Assembly: GCA_963818945.1 (NCBI GenBank)
Contig: CAWFUA010000004.1
Location: forward strand, 254,976 to 318,975
Length of the DNA stretch: 64,000 nucleotides
Direction of reading: 5' to 3'
Source: an uncultured Acidobacteriaceae bacterium
Lineage (GTDB): Bacteria; Acidobacteriota; Terriglobia; Terriglobales; Acidobacteriaceae
In this document: positions 46,087-56,488 of the stretch, piece by piece
How positions within the stretch are numbered: position 1 is the first letter of the stretch
Layout: each line of letters begins with the position of its first letter
Notes under the pieces: model-generated
What the model saw: only the letters and a program-made list of their open reading frames with translations
The model's database searches: none
What the model was told of the DNA's origin: nothing
Position numbers and translations under genes: made by a program

Positions 46087-48327
46087 ATGACTTTGGCTCG
46101 CAAGCTTTTCTTCCTGCTGTCCACGCTCGCGGTCTGCGGGCTCGCCGTTTGCCCATTTGCCTTCGCCGAGGGCACGCGCACCTGGGAGCAATCGAAGTTC
46201 GACGACCTGATCAAGGGCACCGCCCACGGCATCGCTTTCCCGAGTGACGGCGGGCTGGAGCTGGCGCCGACGTTCAAGTCTCTGGCGACATTGCCTTCAA
46301 CCTATGTCTGGGCGATCGCATCGGACGCGGCGGGCAACATCTACGCGGCCACCGGCGCGCCTGCGCGCGTGTATCGCATCACGCCTGGCGGCAAGAGCAC
46401 GGCCATCTTTGAACCCCAAGAGTTGCAGGTGCAGGCCCTGGTCGCGGCCAAGAATGGAGTCGTGTACGCGGCCACTTCGCCGGATGGGAAGGTGTACCGG
46501 CTCGCGGCTGCACCTGCGAGCAATGCATCGTCGAAAAGTTCATGGAGCGCCTCGGTTTATTTCGATCCCGGTGCGAAGTACATTTGGGACCTCGCGCTCG
46601 ACTCGGCCGGCGACCTTTATGTTGCCACCGGCGATCATGGAGAAATCTACAAGGTCAGCGCCAATGGACAGCATGCGCTGTTTTTCAAGAGCGACGAGGT
46701 GCACATGCGCGTGCTGGCGCTCGACCCCAAGGGAAATCTGATTGCCGGGTCGGATGGCAGCGGGTTGATTTATCGCATTGCGCCCAACGGCGACGCATTT
46801 GTTCTCTACAGCGCGCCGAAAAAAGAAATTACGGCGCTGGCCATCGACGGCGCGGGCAACATCTATGCGGCGGGAGCGGGCGAGAAGCATCCGGGGGCTG
46901 GATCATCCCCAGGCCTGAGCATCAACCTTGCTGCGCCTGCACAATCTGGCCCTGCGATGTCGATGGGAGGAATCAGCATTACTCCGCTTGGCGGCCCTGG
47001 CTCGCCATCATCCGCCGCTTCGTTTCCCGCTCCGGGCGCGGGCGCGACCGGCGGCTCGGAGATCTACCGCATTACTCCCGATGGCGCTCCCGAGCATTTG
47101 TGGAGTTCGCGAGAAGACCTGGTCTATGCTCTGGGGTTCGATCAGCGCGGGCGGCTGCTGGCGGGAACCGGCAATCGCGGTCACATTTTTGCCATCAATG
47201 GCGTGGATGACTTCACCGACCTCGTCAAGGCAAGCGCTTCGCAGATCACAGCCTTCGCCGTGGCGCCCGGCGGCGGTCTGTACGCTTCGAGCAGCAATCT
47301 CGGGAAGATTTTCGAGCTCGGCCCTGGGCCTGAATCCGAGGGATCCTACGAGAGCGACGTTTTCGACGCGCACGGATTTTCGCAGTGGGGACGCGGCAGC
47401 CTGCGCAGCGCTGGCAATGTGGATCTCTACGCCCGCAGCGGCAACGTGGACAACCCCGATCGCAACTGGAGCAAGTGGGAGCATGTGGAGCTAGCCGCAA
47501 ACTCGGAGTTGAAGATACCGCCGGCGCGCTTCGTGCAATGGAAATCCGTGCTTCATGCGGGCAGCACAGCGGCGCGCGTGGACAGCGTTCTGCTTTATTA
47601 CCTGCCGAAAAACGTTGCGCCCGTGGTCGATGAAATTACGGTGCAGCCGGGCTACCGCTACCAGCCGATTTCGCACGTAACGGGCACGGAGCCGTCGGCG
47701 CCGGGTCAACCGCGTTTCGAGCCTCCGCCACCGGCGATACGCGACCACGATTCGATCGGGATTCGCTGGCTGGCGCACGACGAGAATGACGATCAGCTGG
47801 TGTATTCCGTCTACTACCGCGCCGACGGCGAATCGCGCTGGCTGTTGCTGAAGGATGATCTGAGCGACCGCTACTACACTTCTGACTCCAGCCTTTTTCC
47901 CGATGGCGGCTATACGGTGATGGTGGTGGCTTCGGATGCGCCTTCGCACTCGCCGGGCGAAGCGCTATACGCGCAAAAGATATCGGCGCGGTTTGAAGTG
48001 GATAACACGCCGCCGGTGATCGAGAACCTGACTGCGGCATTCGAGGGCAAGCAGATCCGCGTGCGCTTCCGGGCGCACGACTCGTTTTCAGTGATCAAGC
48101 GCGCGGAGTACTCGCTGGATGGCGGGGATTGGCAGTTTGTTGAGCCGGCCGGGCAGTTGTCGGACGCAAAGAGCGAAGACTACGACTTTCGAGTGACTGT
48201 GCCCGAACCGGAAACGGCGCCGCCTCCGGTGGCGAGCCTGATTGGCGGCGATCATGTGGTGGTGGTCCGCGCCTTCGACCGCTTTGACAATCTGGCTACG
48301 GCGCGGGCGCTGATCCACGGAAAGTAA
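46087..48327 (+). CDS. Secreted beta-propeller repeat protein with C-terminal Ig-like domains
   Basis: 746 aa with a signal peptide and repeated ...D..GN.Y.A......VYR./.G....F blades. The C-terminal VDNTPPVIENL...YSLDGGDWQFV is Ig-like. Confidence 0.6.
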   Translation: MTLARKLFFLLSTLAVCGLAVCPFAFAEGTRTWEQSKFDDLIKGTAHGIAFPSDGGLELAPTFKSLATLPSTYVWAIASDAAGNIYAATGAPARVYRITPGGKSTAIFEPQELQVQALVAAKNGVVYAATSPDGKVYRLAAAPASNASSKSSWSASVYFDPGAKYIWDLALDSAGDLYVATGDHGEIYKVSANGQHALFFKSDEVHMRVLALDPKGNLIAGSDGSGLIYRIAPNGDAFVLYSAPKKEITALAIDGAGNIYAAGAGEKHPGAGSSPGLSINLAAPAQSGPAMSMGGISITPLGGPGSPSSAASFPAPGAGATGGSEIYRITPDGAPEHLWSSREDLVYALGFDQRGRLLAGTGNRGHIFAINGVDDFTDLVKASASQITAFAVAPGGGLYASSSNLGKIFELGPGPESEGSYESDVFDAHGFSQWGRGSLRSAGNVDLYARSGNVDNPDRNWSKWEHVELAANSELKIPPARFVQWKSVLHAGSTAARVDSVLLYYLPKNVAPVVDEITVQPGYRYQPISHVTGTEPSAPGQPRFEPPPPAIRDHDSIGIRWLAHDENDDQLVYSVYYRADGESRWLLLKDDLSDRYYTSDSSLFPDGGYTVMVVASDAPSHSPGEALYAQKISARFEVDNTPPVIENLTAAFEGKQIRVRFRAHDSFSVIKRAEYSLDGGDWQFVEPAGQLSDAKSEDYDFRVTVPEPETAPPPVASLIGGDHVVVVRAFDRFDNLATARALIHGK

Positions 48328-48337
48328 AGTTCGATCT

Positions 48338-50516
48338 CTACTCCGCGACAAACAAAATCGCGCTGGGGACTCCTGTGTCCTTGGTGGCGTCCCGCATCAA
48401 GTAAAAATGAGTCAGGTCCACCTGGTACAGGACGTAGTTTGATGTGCCGGCGCCCGTGGTGGTGGAGAGCGCGGGCGTGGGCGAAACGGTCTGTACACCG
48501 TAAGCCCCGCCGGTAATAGCTATGCCGCCAGGATTCTCTGTGCCGGAAACATTGAACACCGCATTTCCCGGTGAGGTCAGCAGCAAATTCATCGTGAGCG
48601 GCGCGATGCTAGGCAAACTGTTACTGGCGGTCGCGACTGCGAACGTGCCAGGGAGAGCGGCGGGCTGGAATGACTCAAACACGCTGTTCGACTGCGCGGT
48701 CATCGTTCCGGTGATTACGGCGCTAGATTGATCGAGAAGGAATCCGCTGTTCGCCTCGCTGGCATAAAGGACAAACGGCAGCGCCGCGACAGCCGGGCTC
48801 CCATTCGGATTGCCCAGCATGTGCAGGGTGTATCGTCCATTGTTGTTGCTGCCGGCCGCCGCGTACGTATACGAAAAAGAGCATACCGTGGGCTGCGCGC
48901 AGGTCGAACCCTCTGGGGGTACGGAAATCATCGCTCCGTCGTTGTTCCAATCGAAGGTGCCCATGAAGCCCCCATTGCCGTCAGCGTTGCCGTTGGTGAG
49001 CGACACGTTGCCATTCGTTCCGGTCAAAGCGGAAATCGACGGGCCGTTGAGACCTGCGGTATTGTAGGTCGTCGCCGAATCCTGCAGCACCATTGTGCCT
49101 AGGAGCGCGGGGTGCGTCCCGTCGATGGTACCGCTCCCGTTGCCTCTGGAGATGATAAAGACATTGACCGGTGTATTGGCGCTGGCACTTCCATTCGCGA
49201 CGAAGAAATCGAAATCTTCGCTCGCGCTGGCGTTGAGCGTGAGCGCCCCTACGTTGGTGCCCGCGTTATAAGAGTAAATACCGCCGACGCTGCAGGGCGA
49301 GGCACAAATCCCGTTGCTGGTATTGCCGTTGTCGTTGATGTCCATCTCACCGCTGGTGATGCTCGTGCTGCCGTTCAGCGATAGAACGCCTGCGTAGCCG
49401 ACCCGCGCGCTCGTGGAGCCGAAACCGCTGAGGCCGAAGGCATACGTCTGAGCTGCGGTGTTGAATACTGTCGGCGAGGGCGTCTTTTCCGCGACGCCGG
49501 AGCCGCTTCCGCTGGCGGTTTGGATGAACTGGATGTCGCCGGCAGAATCGAGCACCGCCAGATAGTGAGTCGTGCCCGAGTTGGTGGTAATTGTCAGCGT
49601 GCCGGCATTGTTCGAGTTATCCGTATCCGACGACGTGGGTTGGTACGATCCTCCGGTGATGTTGAGTTGCGTAAAGCCACTGGAGTCTATTACGTCTTCG
49701 ACACCCCGCGTTGATGGTGCCATTCGTGGTGGTAACGGCAAAAGTGCCGGCGGCGATCACAGGTTTGTTGCTGCTGTCGTATCCAGAGAACTTGAACGCA
49801 TAGGTCCCGGAAGGAAGCCGCGACGGCACAATCGTCGCCTTCGCAATCGTGCATTTCCCGGCCGTGCAGCCTTGTGAATCGGCTGCCGGGAAGGCGGAAA
49901 TCTTGACGCAACCACCGCCGCTGCAACTGTCCGCTGCCGTGTAGTAAGCCAGACCCGATATCTTGCTGTCCTGGTGGAAATTGGCGCATGAGGCGCCGCC
50001 CGCCGTACAAGTCCACGTGAAGGTCTGGGGCGCGTTATCGGGGGAGGCAACCGCCGTGAATTGCTGGGTCAGGCCCGCGCCTATATTTGGCGCGGCCGGC
50101 GATACGGCGGTAGTGATGTGAACGATGGTCAGGTCGACAGTGCCGTCCAGGCTGCTATCGCCCGAAGCGGTAGCGACGACGGTGAAAGCCGGATTGGACG
50201 GCACCGTCGAGGGCGCCTGGTAAGTCGCGGTCGTTGCGGTGGTGCCCGTGAAAGATCCGCAAGGATTATCAGAACCGGAGCAGGAACTACCCAAAAGACT
50301 CCAATTGACGGAAGTCTGCGTAGTGTTCTTCAACGTCGCGGTGAACGTTACGGTCCCGCCAATCGGTGCTTGAGTGACAGGGGAAATGGCACCGCTGGCG
50401 CCCGCCACCGCAATGGAAGGACAAGTGCCGACACAAGGTCCGCTGCCGCCGACTGCGCAGCCCGTCGCGAACGCCAGGCTCAATAAGGCCACTACAAACA
50501 GGGAGTTTTTCATCAT
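48338..50516 (-). pseudogene. Large lipoprotein with Ig-like (BIG2-type) domains, split by a 1-nt insertion in a homopolymer
   Basis: ORF 49617..50516 has a lipobox (SLAFATGC) and is sensible to ...AVTTTNGTINAG. ORF 48338..49741 resumes at VEDVIDSSGFTQLNITGG. Removing one G from GCGGGGTGTC (C4 at 49704-49707 on +) joins them. Confidence 0.65.
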
Positions 50517-50729
50517 CGCTAGTCTCTTGGAATGTGACGGTAAAGTATTGTTCCCCGATCAACCTGACCTGGGACGCTTGCCCGGTTGGATCGGTCGGAG
50601 GGCCAGCCGTTCTATCTCAATCAGTGGTTACAAATGTACATGAACTCGGAAGATTTTGTCTGTGGTCGGGAGCGGGAGGGCCGCTTTCATGCCCAAGTGA
50701 GTGCGCAAGAAACTGCAGCTCTGGGAAAG

Positions 50730-50892
50730 CAGTCGTTCGAAGGACAAATCGGCTGTTCTCGGAAAACCAAAACTGATCTAAGAGTTCGAACTCGACCTTG
50801 CGGACAGGGTTGGCAAGGCTGCATGTTTCGGACACAGGCCGGTATCCGAATCAGGGGATATTGAGTGTAATCGGGGTTGTTACGCCAATCAT
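50730..50892 (+). repeat. Conserved non-coding module A, copy 2
   Basis: See copy 1. The core at 50783-50892 lies ~240 nt upstream of the histidine kinase start. Confidence 0.7.
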
Positions 50893-51131
50893 CCCTTTGA
50901 GCCACCTCCAACTCTATGGCTTTTATTGACTTGCCCCTCGCCCCCACCTAACATGTCTAGCCAGTGGCCACGCCCTCCCAGCCCGTGGGAAGAACAGTTC
51001 CCGCTCGTTGAGCCGGTCATTCCCTCTCGGGACATTCCAATCAAGGCGCATGGAGCGAGAGTTTTTCGTGTAGGACCTCGCCCCCACAACCGGGTTTGCT
51101 TTATTTAGTATTAGCTAGCAGGGATTGAAAG

Positions 51132-53348
51132 ATGGATGCGTCGGAATCTCCTCAATTCAAAATTCCTCCAACCGCTCGGCGGTACGCCTTAGCCGGGTTG
51201 GCTGCAGTAGTCGCGCTGATGCTGACCGTAATGCTTTCCCCGCAGTTTGGTACGATCTACCCTTATCACACCGTTTGCGCAGCAGTCGTCTTCTCTGCTT
51301 GGTACTGCGGTGTCGGCCCTGCCATCGTCGCCACGATAGTAAGTTTAGTGGGTGTGTGGTACTTGCTTCTTCTTCCGTTGCATTCTTTCCGTCTGCAGGA
51401 CCCCAAAAACCAAGTCACTGGGCTGGTTGGGTTTGGAGTGCTCTCCGGTTTCATCATCGTTCTGGGAGAGGTCAACCGCAGGTCGCAGGCAGCGCTGCGC
51501 TTGAGTGAGGAGCGGCTGCAGTTGGCGGCGGAGAGCTCCAATACGGGCATATGGGACCGGGATTTTCGGAGTGGCGACGTCTACCTTTCTCCTGTGTGGA
51601 AGCAGCAAATCGGTTATGCCGACCATGAAATCCGCAACGATTTAGAAGAGTGGCGAAGCCGTGTCCATCCCGACGATCTCCCGCCGGCGCTGGCTAAAAT
51701 CGAGGCTCTTCTCAAGAATCCCAAGGCGAGCTTTGAAACCGAACTCCGCTTTCGCCATAGGGACGGTTCCTACCGCTGGATCTACTCGAGGGTTAAGGCT
51801 GTGGCGCAGGAGCACGGCCGAACCACGCGGATACTGGGTTCCAACTTTGACATCACCGGGCGCAAGGAAGCCGAAGCGGCGATTCGCAATAGCGACGAAC
51901 TGTTGGAGCTTTTCATTGAGCACGCACCAGCGGCGCTGGCAATGTTCGATCGCGAAATGCGCTACATCCGGGTGAGCCGGCGCTGGCGGACCAATTATGG
52001 TCCGGAAAATCGCAGCCTGATCGGCGAGTTGCACTACGAGGTCTACCCGGTAATCCCCGAGGAGTGGAAAGAAGCCCATCGGCGCGGCCTACGCGGCGAG
52101 GTCGTGCAAGGGGATGGCCGCTTCGAACCTTCCGACGGTTCCGTTCGTTGGGTGCGCTGGGAAGTACGGCCTTGGCGTAACAGGATGGGCGAAATCGGTG
52201 GGATTGTAATCTTCTCCGAAGATATCACCGAACGCAAAGAGGCCGAGGCAGCGTTAGGCGAGAGCGAAGCCCGCCTGCGGACTGCGCTCGAGGCCTCCAT
52301 GATGGGTACCTTCGAACGTGATTTGCGAACCGGTAAGGCTCATTGGATGCCGACCACGGAGGCGATGTTCGGGTTTGAGCCAGGAACCGGCCCGGCTACC
52401 ATTGACGACTTCCTTCGCCTGATCCACCCGGAGGACCGCGACCACTTTGACCGCCTCATGGCTGAATCCACTGCGTCCGGCGTTGCAGGCGGAGAATGGC
52501 GGGTGATCTGGCCGGATGGTTCGATTCACTGGATTTACGGCCGGTGGACGGTTTTCAAAGACGATCAGGGCCAACCGTTACGCGCTATAGGCGTGGATTA
52601 CGACATCACCGCCCGCAAGCAGGCTGAAGAGTCGCTTCGCATGAAAAGCGAGCAACTGCGGGCGCTCACAATCCGCTTGCAGCATGTGCGCGAAGAAGAA
52701 CGCAAGCTGGTGGCTCGCGATCTGCATGATCAGATCGGCCAGATTCTGACGGCGGTTAAGATGGATGTCGACTGGGTAGCCAAACACCTCTCATCCCAGA
52801 ACGAGGCACAATTGTCCGGCCGGTTGGCGGCAACGCTCGATCGGCTGAGAGACGCTACGCAGTCACTGCGCAGTATCTGCACACGTTTGCGCCCTGGTGT
52901 GCTCGATGATCTGGGGCTGGCCGCAGCGATCGAGTGGCAAGTAAAGGAATTTGCCTCAATCACGGGAATCCAGTGCGACGTTTCCGTCCCACAAGAAGAC
53001 TTCCCGTTGGGCGCCGACCGGAGCACGGCGATTTTCCGCATTTTGCAGGAGGCCCTTACCAATGTTGCCCGCCATGCCCAGGCAACAATGGTTCGCGCTT
53101 CGCTTGCGCAGCAAAACGGCAATGTGGTGCTGGTCGTGCAAGATGATGGGAGAGGGATCAGCGAAAGCGAAGTTGAGTCCTCGCGGACATCGCTGGGGTT
53201 GCTCGGTATGAAAGAACGTGCAGAGGCGTGCGGCGGAGAACTCCAGATTTGGGGAGATCCTGGGAAAGGAACGACACTGGCACTACAAATTCCGCTCGCC
53301 GAATCAGAATATCAAGGGGACGATGATGCTGATCCTGCTGGCAGATGA
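51132..53348 (+). CDS. Sensor histidine kinase (DUF4118-like membrane N-terminus, multiple PAS domains, HisKA_3 + HATPase_c)
   Basis: 738 aa. There are three to four PAS modules (SGDVYLSPVWKQQIGY; FDREMRYIRVSRRW; GTFERDLRTGKAHW). H-box ARDLHDQIGQILT. N/G boxes LQEALTNVARHA and DDGRGI. Confidence 0.85.
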   Translation: MDASESPQFKIPPTARRYALAGLAAVVALMLTVMLSPQFGTIYPYHTVCAAVVFSAWYCGVGPAIVATIVSLVGVWYLLLLPLHSFRLQDPKNQVTGLVGFGVLSGFIIVLGEVNRRSQAALRLSEERLQLAAESSNTGIWDRDFRSGDVYLSPVWKQQIGYADHEIRNDLEEWRSRVHPDDLPPALAKIEALLKNPKASFETELRFRHRDGSYRWIYSRVKAVAQEHGRTTRILGSNFDITGRKEAEAAIRNSDELLELFIEHAPAALAMFDREMRYIRVSRRWRTNYGPENRSLIGELHYEVYPVIPEEWKEAHRRGLRGEVVQGDGRFEPSDGSVRWVRWEVRPWRNRMGEIGGIVIFSEDITERKEAEAALGESEARLRTALEASMMGTFERDLRTGKAHWMPTTEAMFGFEPGTGPATIDDFLRLIHPEDRDHFDRLMAESTASGVAGGEWRVIWPDGSIHWIYGRWTVFKDDQGQPLRAIGVDYDITARKQAEESLRMKSEQLRALTIRLQHVREEERKLVARDLHDQIGQILTAVKMDVDWVAKHLSSQNEAQLSGRLAATLDRLRDATQSLRSICTRLRPGVLDDLGLAAAIEWQVKEFASITGIQCDVSVPQEDFPLGADRSTAIFRILQEALTNVARHAQATMVRASLAQQNGNVVLVVQDDGRGISESEVESSRTSLGLLGMKERAEACGGELQIWGDPGKGTTLALQIPLAESEYQGDDDADPAGR

Positions 53349-53955
53349 TCACGTGGTGGTACGCCGCGGTTTACGGGACATGTTGGCAAGTGCGTTTCCA
53401 GGCGCGCAGTTCATGGAGGCAGGCACGGGAGACGAGGTTCTCGGCCATATTCGCAGACAAGTCTGCAATCTGCTCATATTAGACGTCAACATGCCGGGGC
53501 GCAGCGGCGTGGACGTGCTTAAAGAGGTCAAGAACGTTTGTCCGAACGTTCCGGTACTCATGCTGAGTGTGCAACCCGAGGATCAGTATGCTGTCCGGTG
53601 CCTGAAGGCTGGGGCCTCTGGATATTTATGCAAGGATAGTGCGGAGGAAGAACTTGTAAAGGCTGCCCGGAAAGTGATGGAGGGTGGACGATATGTCAGC
53701 ACGCAACTCAGTGAGAAGCTGGCCCGCGAAATCCAGCAGCCCTCCAACAAGGAGCCACATCAACTGCTCTCCGACCGGGAGCTTGAGGTGATGCGGATGA
53801 TTGCGTCTGGCAAATCCCTGACCGATATTGCTGAAACCCTACATATCAGCGTGAAGACCGTCGGTACTTACCGCAGCCGATGCCTGCTAAAGATGCAGAT
53901 GCAAAGCAACGCGGATCTTGTTCGCTATGTACTGGAACGCAAGCTTCTAGGGTGA
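53323..53955 (+). CDS. Response regulator, NarL/LuxR family
   Basis: MMLILLADDHVVVRRGL receiver domain (DVNMPGRSG) plus a C-terminal LuxR HTH (LSDRELEVMRMIASGKSLTDIAETLHISVKTVGTYRSR). It overlaps the kinase 3' end by 26 nt. Confidence 0.9.
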   Translation: MMLILLADDHVVVRRGLRDMLASAFPGAQFMEAGTGDEVLGHIRRQVCNLLILDVNMPGRSGVDVLKEVKNVCPNVPVLMLSVQPEDQYAVRCLKAGASGYLCKDSAEEELVKAARKVMEGGRYVSTQLSEKLAREIQQPSNKEPHQLLSDRELEVMRMIASGKSLTDIAETLHISVKTVGTYRSRCLLKMQMQSNADLVRYVLERKLLG

Positions 53956-54073
53956 GAAGCCAAACCGCCATCTGCCAGAATAACCTGACACGTCTAATAC
54001 CTTAATTCCTTCAAGACAATCAGAATTCGCCGACTGGTATCTTCCATATTTTGCTGTATGGTCTGGCTTCGGC

Positions 54074-54424
54074 TTGAATATGGAGCTGCGATTCAAGGCT
54101 CGCTCTTGCGAGCATCTAACGGAAACTGAGATGTTTGACCCAAAGCCAACCAAAGCTCTGTTCCGCTGTATATTCGCATATTCGGACGGTCAACCCGTCG
54201 AAGTCTTCGACGTACAAGAGGATCACCTGCAGTGGGACGAAACTTTGACGGCAAGTGCGAACACCGCGGTCACGCTGAAGGTAGCTGTCGCCGGGGAAGT
54301 TTCGGAACCGGATTCTCACTCGACCGAATGGGCGGAAATGCTTGCTACCGCATATGAAATGTTCGTGGATGATCCTGAAGTGGCCAATGACCACTTCCAG
54401 TGGGTGAGGCTGGAAGGTGCCTAG
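54074..54424 (+). CDS. Hypothetical acidic protein
   Basis: 116 aa ORF; an internal ATG giving MFDPKP is possible. No recognisable family. Confidence 0.4.
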   Translation: MNMELRFKARSCEHLTETEMFDPKPTKALFRCIFAYSDGQPVEVFDVQEDHLQWDETLTASANTAVTLKVAVAGEVSEPDSHSTEWAEMLATAYEMFVDDPEVANDHFQWVRLEGA

Positions 54425-54547
54425 AAACCCAGCCTGGATCGGGATCAGAAGATGCGAAAGGTCGAGCGTCGTTAACGGTACGGAGATTTGAGAGTAAACC
54501 TGAAACTGCCGTAAACAAGTAGAAGAGACGGGCAGTCCTCCCCCAGG

Positions 54548-54600
54548 GATTCGGACTCCGATATAGTGACCGAGAGTTATGCGTTATCGGAGTCCGAATC
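54548..54600 (+). other. Perfect 16-bp-stem hairpin in the long cspA leader
   Basis: GATTCGGACTCCGATA (54548-54563), a 21-nt loop, then TATCGGAGTCCGAATC (54585-54600). It lies ~200 nt upstream of the cspA ATG. Confidence 0.7.
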
Positions 54601-54800
54601 TCCATCTGCAACCCCTTGTTTACAAGCACATTATCTAAAATACCGCACGGCATGCTGTCGGGTTGGCTGCGTCGCAACAATGCGTTGTGACGTACGGGCT
54701 TGACGGCGTTTTCCTACAGCGTGACAATCACAAGACAATTTTGCGATCACGTCCACGAACTGTGCTTCTTGAGGCGAATCAGCAAAAGGGAGAGGAAAAA

Positions 54801-55016
54801 ATGCAGATCGAACGTCTCAAAGGCACGGTCAAGTGGTTCAATAACGCGAAAGGGTACGGCTTCCTAGGACGCGACAATGGACCGGATGTGTTCATCCACT
54901 TTAGCGCCATTGCCAGCGAAGGTTACAAAAGCCTGCAAGAAGGCGACCAAGTTGAATTCGAGATCGTCCAGGGTCAGAAAGGGCCGCAAGCGGCCAATGT
55001 TGGCCGGGTCTCCTGA
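54801..55016 (+). CDS. cspA: Cold-shock protein (CspA family)
   Basis: 71 aa: [37 protein letters not shown] with RNP1/RNP2 motifs. GGGAGAGG Shine-Dalgarno upstream of the ATG at 54801. Confidence 0.93.
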   Translation: MQIERLKGTVKWFNNAKGYGFLGRDNGPDVFIHFSAIASEGYKSLQEGDQVEFEIVQGQKGPQAANVGRVS

Positions 55017-55097
55017 TTCACAGCCTGCAGTTCCCAGTGTCAGAGACCTGTCACCAAAGTTGCTTCACCGGTTGACTCCGACCGGCCTTCTCATGGA

Positions 55098-55225
55098 AGG
55101 CGTTAGCGCAAACGTGCGCCGTTTGTTCTCGCTTCAGCCATTACGCTCAGAAAACCTGTTACGACGTGACAGTAAGCGGACCCATCCAACAGCGTGGCGT
55201 GCAAGGTCAAGTTTTGGCTATCACA
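55098..55225 (+). repeat. Conserved non-coding module B, copy 2
   Basis: See copy 1. It begins ~80 nt after the cspA stop. Confidence 0.7.
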
Positions 55226-55238
55226 TCAGTCTCAAGGG

Positions 55239-56204
55239 CTATTTCGCGGGGGCCCGGGAAGTGGAGACCGTCCGTTTGGCGGTTTCGATCAGGGGAGGCA
55301 GGTTGGTTGCGGTAATGCCCAAGGTGCCTCCGGAAAAACCGTCAATGTAGGCGGAGTTGATTCCGACTACTTCGCCGCGCAGGTTCAAGACTGGTCCGCC
55401 GCTGCCGCCGCGTGCCGTGGCGGCATCGTAGATTAGCTTATCTCCGCTGACATCGCCGATGTGACCGAAGGTAGCCGAGGGGCGAATGAGCGAAAGCGCG
55501 GCGAGTTCGCCCGCCGTGTCGGCATCATCGGGATGCGATGACAGGCGCTCGTAAACGATGGCCGGCGATTTCGCGACCATGCCGGTCACTCCCATGGGAT
55601 ACGCCAGCACGCTCACGGATTCACCCACGCGAGGCGGCTTGGGGGCGAGAGCCAGAGGACGCAGCTTCTCTGTGAAGGCGGTGGTCTCCATGTGGAGGAT
55701 GGCCAAATCTCCGTGTTGGGCAAGCACCACGGGCACGAGAGCTACCGGAAGCGGCGAGCCGGGGAAATAGGCAACCAGCTTTTCGAGCACCGGGGATTGA
55801 CCGGGGCCGAGGGCAGCAGTGACTTCGCGGTCTCCAAACCAGGGCTGGGCTACATGGCGATTGGTGGCGAGCAGGCCTTGGGCTACAACGAACCCGGTAC
55901 CGGCTACGCGGGCGCGGAAGTGCGCTTTACCTGCGACGTGGTAGATCCCGTAGATGTAAGCGACGGAATCGCGGGCATCGTCAACGGTGGCTGCTGAAAA
56001 GGATTGTTCCCGCTCCAAATCCTCGACCTGGCGTGTGAGTTGGTGGACCTGCTGCTCAAGACCGCTGGTTTCGGCCGACGTCGGAGGAGCGTAGTAATGC
56101 GCCATGAGGAGGGCGCCGACCAAGGCCAGCAAGCCCAATAGGCCCTGCACGAATCGCGGCCAAAGCTCCAGAACCGGTTCGTCTTTGTTCTCGGTATCAA
56201 ACAT
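55239..56204 (-). CDS. Trypsin-like (S1) serine protease with N-terminal TM anchor
   Basis: 321 aa: GTGFVVAQGLLATNRHVA (His), HGDLAIL (Asp), ARGGSGGPVLNLRGEVVGINS (Ser). Confidence 0.8.
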   Translation of the reverse strand: MFDTENKDEPVLELWPRFVQGLLGLLALVGALLMAHYYAPPTSAETSGLEQQVHQLTRQVEDLEREQSFSAATVDDARDSVAYIYGIYHVAGKAHFRARVAGTGFVVAQGLLATNRHVAQPWFGDREVTAALGPGQSPVLEKLVAYFPGSPLPVALVPVVLAQHGDLAILHMETTAFTEKLRPLALAPKPPRVGESVSVLAYPMGVTGMVAKSPAIVYERLSSHPDDADTAGELAALSLIRPSATFGHIGDVSGDKLIYDAATARGGSGGPVLNLRGEVVGINSAYIDGFSGGTLGITATNLPPLIETAKRTVSTSRAPAK

Positions 56205-56488
56205 TCGTATGAGAATGGACAGTCATGCCCGGCGAGGAGGGAGATTCCGGGTGGAAGTACTATCCTGCCGGAAACGGACGGGCGCGGGTAGGGTACAGAA
56301 GTCGGGGCAGAGGCGGTCAACGAAGGTAACTGGTGACCTTTGGGGTACGGAGTTGCTGGATCATTAAGTCATTGAGGTATCGGATCATTGAGGGTACAAT
56401 TCGCTGATCTTTGCGTCCGAGACCCACGGTCTCCGATGGACCTCGGCCCATGCCGGGATTCGTAACAAATCTTCAAAGGGGGAGAACC

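Noticed and set aside
38777-55225. A or B copies as template/variable repeats of a diversity-generating retroelement
   Set aside because: Substitutions between copies are of all types, not adenine-specific. The copies are non-coding and no reverse transcriptase is present in the window.
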